Positions 25,864 through 34,504 of a stretch of DNA of 56,538 nt are shown piece after piece. The translations under genes were made by a program, and so were the position numbers. A model generated the notes under the pieces. That model had not been told where the DNA came from, ran no database searches, and saw only the letters and a program-made list of their open reading frames with translations. Each line of letters opens with the position of its first letter. The stretch's first letter is position 1. The stretch comes from Candidatus Niyogibacteria bacterium RIFCSPLOWO2_12_FULL_41_13 (GTDB taxonomy: Bacteria; Patescibacteriota; Minisyncoccia; 2-12-FULL-41-13): NCBI GenBank assembly GCA_001821615.1, contig MHMS01000006.1, positions 1-56,538 on the forward strand, read 5' to 3'.

Positions 25864-27093
25864 TCAATATCCTTCAAGGCGATACGCCAGCTTGTGCTTT
25901 TTTATTTTTTCCAGCGCCTTCATTTCAATTTGCCGGATTCTTTCACGGGTTACGCCGAATTCTTTGCCGACTTCTTCCAAAGTGTAAGACACGCCGTCTT
26001 CCAAACCGAATCTCATCGCCAAAATTTTCTGCTCTCGGGGCGCGAGCTCGGAAATGATTTCTTTTATCTGGTCGCGCAAAAATTTGAGGCTTGTCGCTTG
26101 TTCGGGAGAAAGAGTTTTCTCGTCGGGCACGAATTCCCGAATCGTCACTTCTTCTTTTTCTTCCGGTTCTCCCACGGGCGTTTCCAAAGAAATAGTGTCT
26201 TGCGAAATTTTCTGCAGATGGCGGACTTTTTCAACCGGCAAATTCATTTCAGCCGCGATTTCCTGAATAAACGGGTCGCGGCCGAGTTCTTGCGTCAATC
26301 TCCTGACCGCTTGCTGGTATTTGCTTAAAATTTCAACAATATGAACCGGTAGCCGTATGATTTTTCCCTGGTCGGCCAACGCTCTGGTGATTGCCTGGCG
26401 TATCCACCAGGTGGCATAGGTTGAAAATTTAAAACCCCTTCTCCAGTCAAATTTTTCAACCGCCCGGAAAAGCCCCAGATTTCCTTCTTGAATCAAATCA
26501 AGCATAGTCAGATTGGAACTGCGTCCGAGATAACGTTTGGCGATTGAAACTACGAGTCGCAGATTCGCCAAAATCAGCTTGTTTTTCGCTTCTTCATCTC
26601 CTTGTTCAATCCTTTTTGATAAATCTTTTTCTTCCTGAAAAGTAAGAAGTTTAATTTTGCCGATTTCCCGCAAGTAGGATTGAATGGAATCCATGGAGAG
26701 ATGCTCCATAACATGTTCGGGTTCGGCGCTCGCGCCTGATTTTTTCTTTTCTTTTTCAAGTTCAAAGGGGCTTTTTTCTTCTATAATTTCAATATTAGAG
26801 CCCCTTATTTTTTCAAATGTTTCTTCCAAAAATAAAATATCTTCTTCAATGTTCGGAAAGTAAGTTAAAATTTCGCCGTGGGTCACAAATCCCTTTGCCC
26901 TGCCCTTTTTTATAAGCTCTTTCAATTTTTCTTCTTTTTTGCCGGCTTTCAGCGTTTTTTCGGCGACTGTTTCCAACTTGACCTTTTTTGGCCTTCCTCT
27001 TTTTTTGCCCGCCTGCCGGTAGGCATTGCCCGCCTGAATTTTTTTTGAAATTTTGGCGGATGCGGATGATTTTTTCGGTCTTCCTCTTTTCAT
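25864..27093 (-). CDS. rpoD: RNA polymerase sigma-70 factor with AT-hook-like N-terminus
   Basis: Regions 2-4 are conserved ([48 protein letters not shown]). Confidence 0.93.
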   Translation of the reverse strand: MKRGRPKKSSASAKISKKIQAGNAYRQAGKKRGRPKKVKLETVAEKTLKAGKKEEKLKELIKKGRAKGFVTHGEILTYFPNIEEDILFLEETFEKIRGSNIEIIEEKSPFELEKEKKKSGASAEPEHVMEHLSMDSIQSYLREIGKIKLLTFQEEKDLSKRIEQGDEEAKNKLILANLRLVVSIAKRYLGRSSNLTMLDLIQEGNLGLFRAVEKFDWRRGFKFSTYATWWIRQAITRALADQGKIIRLPVHIVEILSKYQQAVRRLTQELGRDPFIQEIAAEMNLPVEKVRHLQKISQDTISLETPVGEPEEKEEVTIREFVPDEKTLSPEQATSLKFLRDQIKEIISELAPREQKILAMRFGLEDGVSYTLEEVGKEFGVTRERIRQIEMKALEKIKKHKLAYRLEGY

Positions 27094-27094
27094 A

Positions 27095-27236
27095 CCCAGT
27101 AAGACTAAATCGAATATTTCTTGCTAAATCCGCAAGCGGATATTCGACTATTATTATACTTAATTTTAATTTTGTAATAAAACATGTTTATACCACGCAA
27201 GAAACTAGATTTAGCATTCGATTTTGTCTTACTGGG
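27095..27236 (-). mobile_element. 142-bp TIR element, CCCAGTAAGAC family (copy A)
   Basis: TIRs are 21 bp with one mismatch. CATA on both flanks (27091-27094, 27237-27240). Nearly identical to copies at 29014 and 47347. Confidence 0.85.
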
Positions 27237-27251
27237 CATATTTTTTAATCG

Positions 27252-29000
27252 CTAAACATTAAGTTCTTTGCTTAATTTATGAAACTCGTCAAGGCATTTT
27301 TTGATATTTTCGCCGTCTCCGGCTATTTCGCATTCGCGTATTTTTTGGCTCAACGACAAAAGTTCGTCCTTTAAATATTCCCGCTTCAATTCCATCGCCA
27401 GTTTATTCAACTCTTCCTCGGGCTTGTCCAGATTGCTGTAATAAAGTTCGGCTTCCAGGGCTAATTTATTAAGATAGTGCTCCGAAGCGATTTCAGTCCC
27501 GCTATTCAACGCTTTTTCAAGTATGAATTTTCTTGCCGGAGAAAAATAATTTTGCCAATCTTTATTAAAAAAAGCGGCAAGTTCTTTTTTCCAAAGTAAA
27601 ATTCCGATTAATTTTTCTTCAAGCAAATCGCGGCGGGAAACGGAAGACGGCTTGCGGCTATTTTCGGTTTCAACGCTTTCCGCGCTATCGCTATTCCCTC
27701 TTTTTAATTTTTTTGAATATTTGGCGAGACTTTGCCAAACCGCTTCTTCTTTTAAACTCAAAAAAACAGCCACTTCTTTGAGCCAATGCGCTTGTTCAAT
27801 ATTGCTTGCGATATTCGCGATGTAAGGAATAATGACTCTTTCGGTTTCTTTCGCGAGTTCTCTTTTTTCTTTAACTTTTTCGCTTAAAAAATCCAGATAA
27901 TATCTTATAATCGGTTTCGCCCGCTTGATGGCGAGAAGCCAAGTTTCGGGATTTTCTTTTATTATATCAGCCGGGTCGTCTTTGTCAATCGGGAGAATCT
28001 TGACATCAAAATTATTTTTTAGAGCCAAGTCCACTCCCCTTTTAGTTGCCGCGATTCCTCCGGCGTCCGGGTCAAGAGCAATGTATAAATTGGGCGAGAG
28101 CCGTTTTAATTTAGCTAATTGGTCTTCGGTCAAAGCCGTCCCCGAAACCGCGACTGTGTTTAAAAATCCCGCCTGGTGCGACATAATGACATCCATCTGC
28201 CCTTCAACCAAAACGCAAAAATTGTTTTTTCTGATTTCGTTTTTTGCGAAATTCAAGCCGTAAAGCGCTTTTGATTTATCGTACAAAAGAGTGTTCGGGG
28301 TATTGATGTATTTTGCCGGTTTTTCTTCCTCTTTTAAATCCTTTCTCAAATCTTTTTCAAAAATTCGTCCGGAAAAACCGATTGTTTCGCCAAGCTGATT
28401 GAAAATTGGAAACATTATTCTGGCGCGGAACCGGTCGTAATAAGAAACGCTTCCCGCTTCTTCTTTTTTCACGACGAGCCCCGAATTTTCAATTTCTTCT
28501 TTTGAAAATCCGCCCTGCGAAAGAAATTCATAAATTTCGTCCCAGTTCGGCATAGCGTACCCTATCTCAAAAGTTTCAATTGTTTTGTCTTTCAATCCCC
28601 GCTCTTTCAGATACTCTTTGACATCCGAGCGCCGTTTAAAATTTTCTTTGTAGAATTCTTTGGCTTTGTTGAGAATTTCCGAAAGCCGGGTTTTTTGAGC
28701 GGCCAATTTTTCATCAACTTTCTGAAGCTTCACGCCGGTCATTTTCGCCAAAATTCTAAGCGATTCCGGAAACTCAACTTTTTCCATTTCCATCACGAAT
28801 CGGAAATGGTCGCCTCCGCGAGAACATCCGAAACAATGCCAAATCTGGCGTCCCGGCGAAACATAAAACGACGGAGTTTTTTCTTTGTGGAACGGACAGA
28901 CGGATTTGAAATTCACTCCGGCTTTGTCCAGTTTGATGTAAGACTGGATTAAATCAATAATATCCAGTTTTTCTTTGATTTGTTCAATTGGAGAGAGCAT
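27252..29000 (-). CDS. dnaG: DNA primase
   Basis: Zinc-finger CPFHKEKTPSF...HCFGCSRGGD and a TOPRIM region. Confidence 0.92.
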   Translation of the reverse strand: MLSPIEQIKEKLDIIDLIQSYIKLDKAGVNFKSVCPFHKEKTPSFYVSPGRQIWHCFGCSRGGDHFRFVMEMEKVEFPESLRILAKMTGVKLQKVDEKLAAQKTRLSEILNKAKEFYKENFKRRSDVKEYLKERGLKDKTIETFEIGYAMPNWDEIYEFLSQGGFSKEEIENSGLVVKKEEAGSVSYYDRFRARIMFPIFNQLGETIGFSGRIFEKDLRKDLKEEEKPAKYINTPNTLLYDKSKALYGLNFAKNEIRKNNFCVLVEGQMDVIMSHQAGFLNTVAVSGTALTEDQLAKLKRLSPNLYIALDPDAGGIAATKRGVDLALKNNFDVKILPIDKDDPADIIKENPETWLLAIKRAKPIIRYYLDFLSEKVKEKRELAKETERVIIPYIANIASNIEQAHWLKEVAVFLSLKEEAVWQSLAKYSKKLKRGNSDSAESVETENSRKPSSVSRRDLLEEKLIGILLWKKELAAFFNKDWQNYFSPARKFILEKALNSGTEIASEHYLNKLALEAELYYSNLDKPEEELNKLAMELKREYLKDELLSLSQKIRECEIAGDGENIKKCLDEFHKLSKELNV

Positions 29001-29013
29001 TTTTTATTATATA

Positions 29014-29155
29014 CCCAGTAAGACTAAATCGAATATTTCTTGCTAAATCCGCAAGCGGATATTCGACTATTATTATACTTAATTTTAATTTTGTAATAAA
29101 ACATGTTTATACCACGCAAGAAACTGGATTTAGCATTCGATTTTGTCTTACTGGG
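29014..29155 (-). mobile_element. 142-bp TIR element, CCCAGTAAGAC family (copy B)
   Basis: Nearly identical to copy A (at least one substitution, 27206 a vs 29125 g). Flanks are TATA (29010-29013) and CATA (29156-29159). Confidence 0.85.
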
Positions 29156-29166
29156 CATATTAAATT

Positions 29167-29817
29167 TTAAACCTTTTTTCCGCGTTTTTCCCGCCATTCT
29201 TTTATTTTTTTATGGTGTCCCGACAAAAGGATTTTTGGAACGGCGTATTTTTTATTTTTCCATTTTATAATTTCCGGCCTTGTATAGACCGGATATGAAC
29301 CTTTGATTTCTTCGAGCGAGCCGTATTTGCCCAAAACTCCGGGAATATGGCGAACCAAAGCGTCAATAAAAACCATTGCGGGAAGCTCGCCTCCGGTTAA
29401 AACGTAATCCCCTGTTGAAACTTCCTCCGCTTTTAAAATTTTCTTGACTCTTTCGTCAATTCCTTCGTAGCGTCCGCAAATCAAAATAAAATTATCGTAT
29501 TTTTCGGCGAAATTTCTTGCCATTTTTTGATTAAATGTTTTTCCTCTCGGCGAAAAAATAATAATTTTTGAATTTGCGTTTTGCGATTTGCGCTTTGCTT
29601 TGTCCGCCGCTTTAACTATCGGTTCAACTTGCATCACCATCCCTGGCTCTCCTCCATAAGGCCGAGTGTCAACCTTGCGGCGCTTGTCGCTTGTAAAGTC
29701 GCGGGGATTATAAAATTTTACTTTGAGAAATTTATTTTTGGCCCGGCTCAAAATTGAACTGTTTAAATAAGAATCAAATGATTCCGGAAAAATCGTGATG
29801 ATATGAAAATTTTTCAT
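29167..29817 (-). CDS. trmD: tRNA (guanine37-N1)-methyltransferase
   Basis: MKNFHIITIFPESF start and GGELPAMVFIDA...LLSGHH motifs. The track ORF is extended upstream to 29856. Confidence 0.9.
   Translation of the reverse strand: MKNFHIITIFPESFDSYLNSSILSRAKNKFLKVKFYNPRDFTSDKRRKVDTRPYGGEPGMVMQVEPIVKAADKAKRKSQNANSKIIIFSPRGKTFNQKMARNFAEKYDNFILICGRYEGIDERVKKILKAEEVSTGDYVLTGGELPAMVFIDALVRHIPGVLGKYGSLEEIKGSYPVYTRPEIIKWKNKKYAVPKILLSGHHKKIKEWREKRGKKV
29573..29600. repeat. 4 x heptamer tandem repeat (TTTGCNN) inside trmD
   Basis: tttgcgt tttgcga tttgcgc tttgctt. Confidence 0.7.
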
Positions 29818-29889
29818 ATATAAAAACCAAAAACCACGCGTTTTTTTAAGCGGCATGGTTTTTGTTTTAAAACTACTTTTCAGAATTTC

Positions 29890-30186
29890 TTAGAGCTCTA
29901 ATCCTTCGGTTGATTCTTTTGGAGCCCTCATTCCGCCGGCTGGCTCTTCAATCTTGAGATTGATTCTGGCTTTGTTCTTTAAACCGACAATCCTCAATAA
30001 GTTTCTAATGGCTTTGGCGGTGTTTCCCTCCCGGCCGATAATTTTTCCCATATCGGCTGGATTGACTTTCAGCGAGAGTAAAACTCCCATTTCATCAACC
30101 TGCCTCGCAACCTTAACCTCGTCGGGATAATCAACTAAATTTTTAACCAGATATTCAAGAAATTCTTGGTCTTTGAATTCTGCCAT
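29890..30186 (-). CDS. KH-domain RNA-binding protein (YlqC/UPF0109 family)
   Basis: IIGREGNTAKAIRNLLR KH motif, in the usual neighbourhood of trmD. Confidence 0.85.
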   Translation of the reverse strand: MAEFKDQEFLEYLVKNLVDYPDEVKVARQVDEMGVLLSLKVNPADMGKIIGREGNTAKAIRNLLRIVGLKNKARINLKIEEPAGGMRAPKESTEGLEL

Positions 30187-30324
30187 AATTGGTTTTTCAA
30201 AAATACGATTTTCTGATTTTTCGACCTCCGTAGCTGTTTATTTCGGTCCGGGCCAGATTTTCTATGATTTTCTGACAACCAGAACCATGCTACTTTTCAC
30301 CTATATTATATCTGTTTCTAAAAA

Positions 30325-30472
30325 TAAATCAAATCTTGCCCGTCCTCGCCTTGAAGCGGAAGCGAAAAGGACGATTTTCCGCCGTTGCCCTTCGGGCTAT
30401 GGCGAACAAGCAAGTTTTCTTTGCTTTGCCCTACGGAGCCTTGGCGAAGTATGGGGCGGCAAATTCTTTATT
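30325..30472. repeat. GC-rich mosaic repeat region R3
   Basis: Shares ATTTTCCGCC, GGCG(A/G)ACAAGCAAGTTTT(T)CTTTG and GCGGCAAATTCTTT with 24436-24505. Confidence 0.65.
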
Positions 30473-31043
30473 AAATTTCCTCCCAAATAAAATAAGTACT
30501 TTTGTCAGGTTGCTCTTCCACATATCCATTTTGTTTAAATTGTTTTTGGTTCAATATTGCTTCAAATTTATGACGGATATATTGAGATTGTAAACCAGGA
30601 TAGCTTGGTGATGTAAGTAATTGTTCATCGGTGCCAGTTTCTGTCAGAATAATTTCACCCACTATACCTAATTCTTCCTGTATTCCGCGAATCATAGCAT
30701 CATTGGGATTTTCATCCGGTTTCATTTTTTCAGAAACTGCTTGACCTAAATCTCTGCGTCTTTCGCGTCCGTCTTTGAACACCTGTCTATCCTCTTTCAA
30801 GCGGTATTTTTTTCCTTCTGGAGAAACATAAAATACATCAGCACCACCAACCACGACTTTCCTTAAAAGTTCTCCTTCTTTACCCTTTATCAAGATAGTT
30901 TCGCCACTTTCAATCTCTTTTTGGAGATGTGCTAATGTTTTTGCTTGTCCGGTGCCCCATACAGAAGTATCAATTCCAGCGCCCTCAAGCTGTTGTTTTA
31001 ATACATTGGGGGCAATTTCATTTGTTTTTTCAAAATTTTCCAT
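30471..31043 (-). CDS. Nudix-like hydrolase (variant box)
   Basis: 190 aa from the ATG at 31043. E-x7-RGIQEELGI resembles the Nudix box, with RG in place of RE. Confidence 0.5.
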   Translation of the reverse strand: MENFEKTNEIAPNVLKQQLEGAGIDTSVWGTGQAKTLAHLQKEIESGETILIKGKEGELLRKVVVGGADVFYVSPEGKKYRLKEDRQVFKDGRERRRDLGQAVSEKMKPDENPNDAMIRGIQEELGIVGEIILTETGTDEQLLTSPSYPGLQSQYIRHKFEAILNQKQFKQNGYVEEQPDKSTYFIWEEI

Positions 31044-31060
31044 AAAAGTTCCCTTAAAAA

Positions 31061-31168
31061 TCAACTTAACAAATCCTCTATTGAAACGCCAAGAGCTTTA
31101 GCGATCTTCGCCATAGTTTGGACGCTTGGCTTGTTGGTTACTATTTTTTTTACAAATGTAATTAAATT
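31061..31168 (-). pseudogene. decayed XRE-type HTH gene fragment (direct repeat copy 1)
   Basis: Minus strand encodes ...IVTNKPSVQTMAKIAKALGVSIEDLLS*, the C-terminal end of a Cro/C1-type HTH. There is no intact N-terminal helix or start. Repeated at 32527-32620. Confidence 0.6.
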
Positions 31169-31368
31169 AGGCGAAGCGAAGGCGGTGCCTTTTGGTTAAA
31201 ATCCGAACTTTTTTTGACGAAAATCCGGACGTTGAATTCTGAAATCCGAACGCTCGGGCGGGTAAAAAGGAAGGGGGTTGGGGGGGGGAAGGAATTTTTG
31301 CCCCCCCTCGCTTTTCCACCGCCGCTGAATTTCGTGCCAGCGAAGCTGGCGCGCCGCCATAAATAAAT
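31169..31368. repeat. GC-rich mosaic repeat region R4
   Basis: Contains GGAAGGGGGTTGGGGGGGGGAAGG, similar to G-tracts at 24199-24214 and 19532-19553 (rc), and AAATCCGAAC motifs. Confidence 0.55.
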
Positions 31369-32457
31369 TTATTTTTCTGATTCTTCAATTTTTACGCCCA
31401 AGTTCATTTTTCTAAAAACTACACTTGGCACAACGGTTAAAGCATAATCTAACCTGTTATCTTTGGATTCTGCGATAATTATTCCCTTTACTTTCTGGCT
31501 ATTTTTACATAAATTCTCATTTACCCAACCCATGTACCGAAGAATTTGACCTAATGTTTGATCTGTAGAATTTCTTTTCAACTCGATGACTACCAAGTCT
31601 TTGTTTTTATCAACTGTCAAAAAATCAATTATACCAACCTCTTGTGTATCGAACTGGCCATGCTTTTCATTTTGCCTTTCAAGATCATAATAACTCAACT
31701 CTCCGCCAAAGAGCTGTGTAAAGTTTCTATGAATAAGACTTTGGTAATGCTGAACTTCCAAGGCTTCGATCTGTGGCGTAATCTCGGTGCGTTCAACTTC
31801 AATAGTATCTGTTTCAAAAATATCAAATAACTTATACAAAAGATGCCCAAAATCATCATTTGACAAATTGGGTGCATATTTATTTTTTGTATCTAATAAC
31901 AAATAATTATTTCTAAGATAAAGTTCCACCCCGGAAGTTTCGGGCATATAATCTTCATATAATTTTGCAAGAAAGGCATCCTGATGGCCAAAAATGTTAA
32001 TAAAAATCCCCGGGAAGTAAATCGAAAGTGCTTTACCAACCAATGCCCGTCTAACGCCCTTAATATCTTTTGAATCTTTTATAATCTCTTGCGAAAATTG
32101 AGTTAATTCACCTGTCGGTGTATAAAATTGTTCAATTGAATTATTGGCGGAAATAATTTTTATTAAATATTTCTTGATTTTATCAAAATCTTGTTCGTAT
32201 CCAAATTTATAAACGCTACCACCACCGATACTACCCAAAAACTTAGAGCCCCATTCCAATTCATAACTAAAATTTCCTTGCATTATGCCCCGCCCCTGAA
32301 AATAGTGGTCTTTATCTAACCTTGCGATTTTTTCTTTAGAAAATTCGCTTAAAAAATAATTCCTTTTGCTTTCAATCTCTTTCTTGTCTTCATCCGATAA
32401 GTGAAACTTATCAGCGTTTTCGATAATTAAACCCTTTGCGTTTTCTTTTAGTATCAT
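31369..32457 (-). CDS. NucS/DUF91-like PD-(D/E)XK nuclease domain protein with novel N-terminal domain
   Basis: The C-terminal VGIIDFLTVDKNKDLVVIELKRNSTDQTLGQILRYMGWV...KGIIIAESKD is the NucS-type nuclease signature. The N-terminal ~240 aa are unassigned. Confidence 0.6.
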   Translation of the reverse strand: MILKENAKGLIIENADKFHLSDEDKKEIESKRNYFLSEFSKEKIARLDKDHYFQGRGIMQGNFSYELEWGSKFLGSIGGGSVYKFGYEQDFDKIKKYLIKIISANNSIEQFYTPTGELTQFSQEIIKDSKDIKGVRRALVGKALSIYFPGIFINIFGHQDAFLAKLYEDYMPETSGVELYLRNNYLLLDTKNKYAPNLSNDDFGHLLYKLFDIFETDTIEVERTEITPQIEALEVQHYQSLIHRNFTQLFGGELSYYDLERQNEKHGQFDTQEVGIIDFLTVDKNKDLVVIELKRNSTDQTLGQILRYMGWVNENLCKNSQKVKGIIIAESKDNRLDYALTVVPSVVFRKMNLGVKIEESEK

Positions 32458-32526
32458 GATAGTTTTATTTAAATTATTTTAATAATATTTAATCCCCTTT
32501 TCCACAATGATTATTTAATTAAATCA

Positions 32527-32620
32527 TCAACTTGAACCTCTAATGTTTTGGCGATTTTTCGCCATAGTTTGAACGCTTGGCTTGTTGGCTACTATCATTT
32601 TTTACAAATGTAATTAAATT
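32527..32620 (-). pseudogene. decayed XRE-type HTH gene fragment (direct repeat copy 2, frameshifted)
   Basis: Same block as 31061-31168, with a ~13-nt deletion and a frameshift (MIVANKPSVQTMAKNRQNIRGSS*). Confidence 0.6.
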
Positions 32621-32789
32621 AAATGTTTATTAATAAACGCTCTGCCAAAACCTGATTTCAAATATTTTTCAAATTTAAAAGCTCTTAGCGAAGCTCGCCT
32701 TCGCGAAGCTTCTTGACGGACTGCATCACGCCGAAGCCGAGCCGATTCCCGCCTTTGTTTTGCGGAGCAAAACTTCGGCGAGGCGAAGG

Positions 32790-32876
32790 CGGAAGGGGTG
32801 GGATTTGAACCCACGAAAGGATTTCTCCTTTACGGCTTTTCCAAAGCCGCGCACTAGACCGCTATGCGACCCTTCC
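32790..32876 (-). tRNA. tRNA-Ser(GGA)
   Basis: GGAAGGG acceptor, 3-bp D stem, anticodon loop UUGGAAA, long variable arm, GTGGG-TTCAAAT-CCCAC T arm, discriminator G. Confidence 0.88.
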
Positions 32877-33533
32877 TTTAAAATATTCTTTTGTTTCTTT
32901 GGTTGGATTTTCAGAAATCTCTTTCACCCCTTCATTAAAACCGAAATTTTCTTTTATATAGCGTAATTCCTGAACCGTCGGCTGACGATTAATAATATTA
33001 TTTGGGTTTGCGTTGGGAGGCAAAATGTCAACCGATTCGCCTTTTTCGTTTACTCTTGTAATTCTTATCCACTTCTTCGGTTTTATCAAGCCCTTGTAAA
33101 AATCAATTATTTCTCCGCCGGCAAAGATATAATTTGTAAATTCCTTGAAAAAATCTTTATTGCTTTTTACTCTATTTTCGTAAAGTTTCCAATTAAATAT
33201 TTTATTCACCAAATATCCGGAAAAATATTCTTTTGTTTCGCGTTTTTTATTTAGATATTCTTTTTCTCCTATTTCGCCATCTGCCGCCGGTAGGACGGTC
33301 TTACTCTTCCATAATTTAAACTTTTCTTCATCCAATGTCCCTGTTTTATATTCTTCGTATATTAAAAAATCATCGCGAGTTAATAAATCGAGATTGAGTC
33401 TTTCTTCTCTTAAATGGGGGTCATTTGTTTTCTCTGCCAATTGCCTGATTTCATTTTTAAATCCCTCTATATTATCCAAATGTTTTTCCAAATGCTCCGG
33501 CAATTTTCCGAATTTTTCCAATCCTTCCGTCAT
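32862..33533 (-). CDS. hypothetical protein
   Basis: 224 aa from the ATG at 33533 (ATGA overlap with the htpX stop). The last 15 nt overlap the 5' end of tRNA-Ser. Confidence 0.45.
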   Translation of the reverse strand: MTEGLEKFGKLPEHLEKHLDNIEGFKNEIRQLAEKTNDPHLREERLNLDLLTRDDFLIYEEYKTGTLDEEKFKLWKSKTVLPAADGEIGEKEYLNKKRETKEYFSGYLVNKIFNWKLYENRVKSNKDFFKEFTNYIFAGGEIIDFYKGLIKPKKWIRITRVNEKGESVDILPPNANPNNIINRQPTVQELRYIKENFGFNEGVKEISENPTKETKEYFKGRVA

Positions 33534-34426
33534 ATTTTCATTCCTCTTAAAATCGCTATTCGCTCTTCTATCGGCGGATGAGTCATAAATAATTTTGCCA
33601 GAAAAGAACGCTTTTTTCCATAAGGGTCGGCAAGCCAAAGATGGGCCGTGGAATTATTGGCAACAGCCATTGGTTTTGAATATTGGGAAATTTTTTCCAA
33701 AGCGCTTGCCAAGCCGTCGGGATAACGGGTAAGCAAGGCGCCTGAAGCGTCAGCCAAAAACTCGCGCCGGCGCGAAATCGCAAGCTGAATCAAGGCGGCG
33801 GCAATCGGAGCAAGAATCGCCAAAATAACGCCAATTGCGATAAAAATCGCTTGGCCTCCGCCTTTTCTTTCGCTTCCGCGAGACATTCCTCCCCAGAACA
33901 TTGACCTTAAAAACATATCGGAAAGTATGGCGATAAAACCGACCAAAACCACAGCCATGGTTGAAACCAGCATATCGCGGTTTCCGACATGAGAAAGTTC
34001 GTGGGCAACAACGCCTTCTATTTCAGAACGGTCAAGCCGCTCAACTAAGCCGCGCGTCACCGCCACAACCGCGCGTTCCGGATTGCGGCCGGTGGCAAAA
34101 GCGTTGGGCATTTCTTCGTCCACGATATAAACTCTCGGCATAGGAAGGCCGGCGGCAATCGTCAAATTCTCCACGATATTATAAAGCTCGCGATAATTTT
34201 CCCGGCTCACCGGTTTTGCCCGCGTCATTGCCAAAACTATTTTATCCGAATACCAGTAGCTGATAAAACTTGTTGCGATTGAAAACAAAACGGCAATAAT
34301 CAAAATCGCCGAGCTGTTATAAATCTGGCCGAATGTCCAGCCAACGCCGATTATAAAAATCAGAAAAGCCGCGAATAAAACCCAAGTTTTGCGGATATTT
34401 TTATCCTTTTCCGAATATAAATTCAT
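33530..34426 (-). CDS. htpX: M48-family zinc protease HtpX
   Basis: HELSHVGNRD zinc motif, 4 TM segments, C-terminal THPPIEERI. Confidence 0.9.
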   Translation of the reverse strand: MNLYSEKDKNIRKTWVLFAAFLIFIIGVGWTFGQIYNSSAILIIAVLFSIATSFISYWYSDKIVLAMTRAKPVSRENYRELYNIVENLTIAAGLPMPRVYIVDEEMPNAFATGRNPERAVVAVTRGLVERLDRSEIEGVVAHELSHVGNRDMLVSTMAVVLVGFIAILSDMFLRSMFWGGMSRGSERKGGGQAIFIAIGVILAILAPIAAALIQLAISRRREFLADASGALLTRYPDGLASALEKISQYSKPMAVANNSTAHLWLADPYGKKRSFLAKLFMTHPPIEERIAILRGMKI

Positions 34427-34504
34427 ATTATTCGGCTATTTTAGCAAAAATTTTGTTTTAAATAAAGAAGGAAAAAATGTTTTTAAAATAAAAAGGCGCT
34501 CTCC

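Noticed and set aside
26988-27248. Plus-strand ORFs reading across the 142-bp elements (26988..27248, 28988..29170).
   Set aside because: They are antisense to rpoD and dnaG and are initiated inside those genes. The open frame across the element is noted under findings but is not called as a gene.
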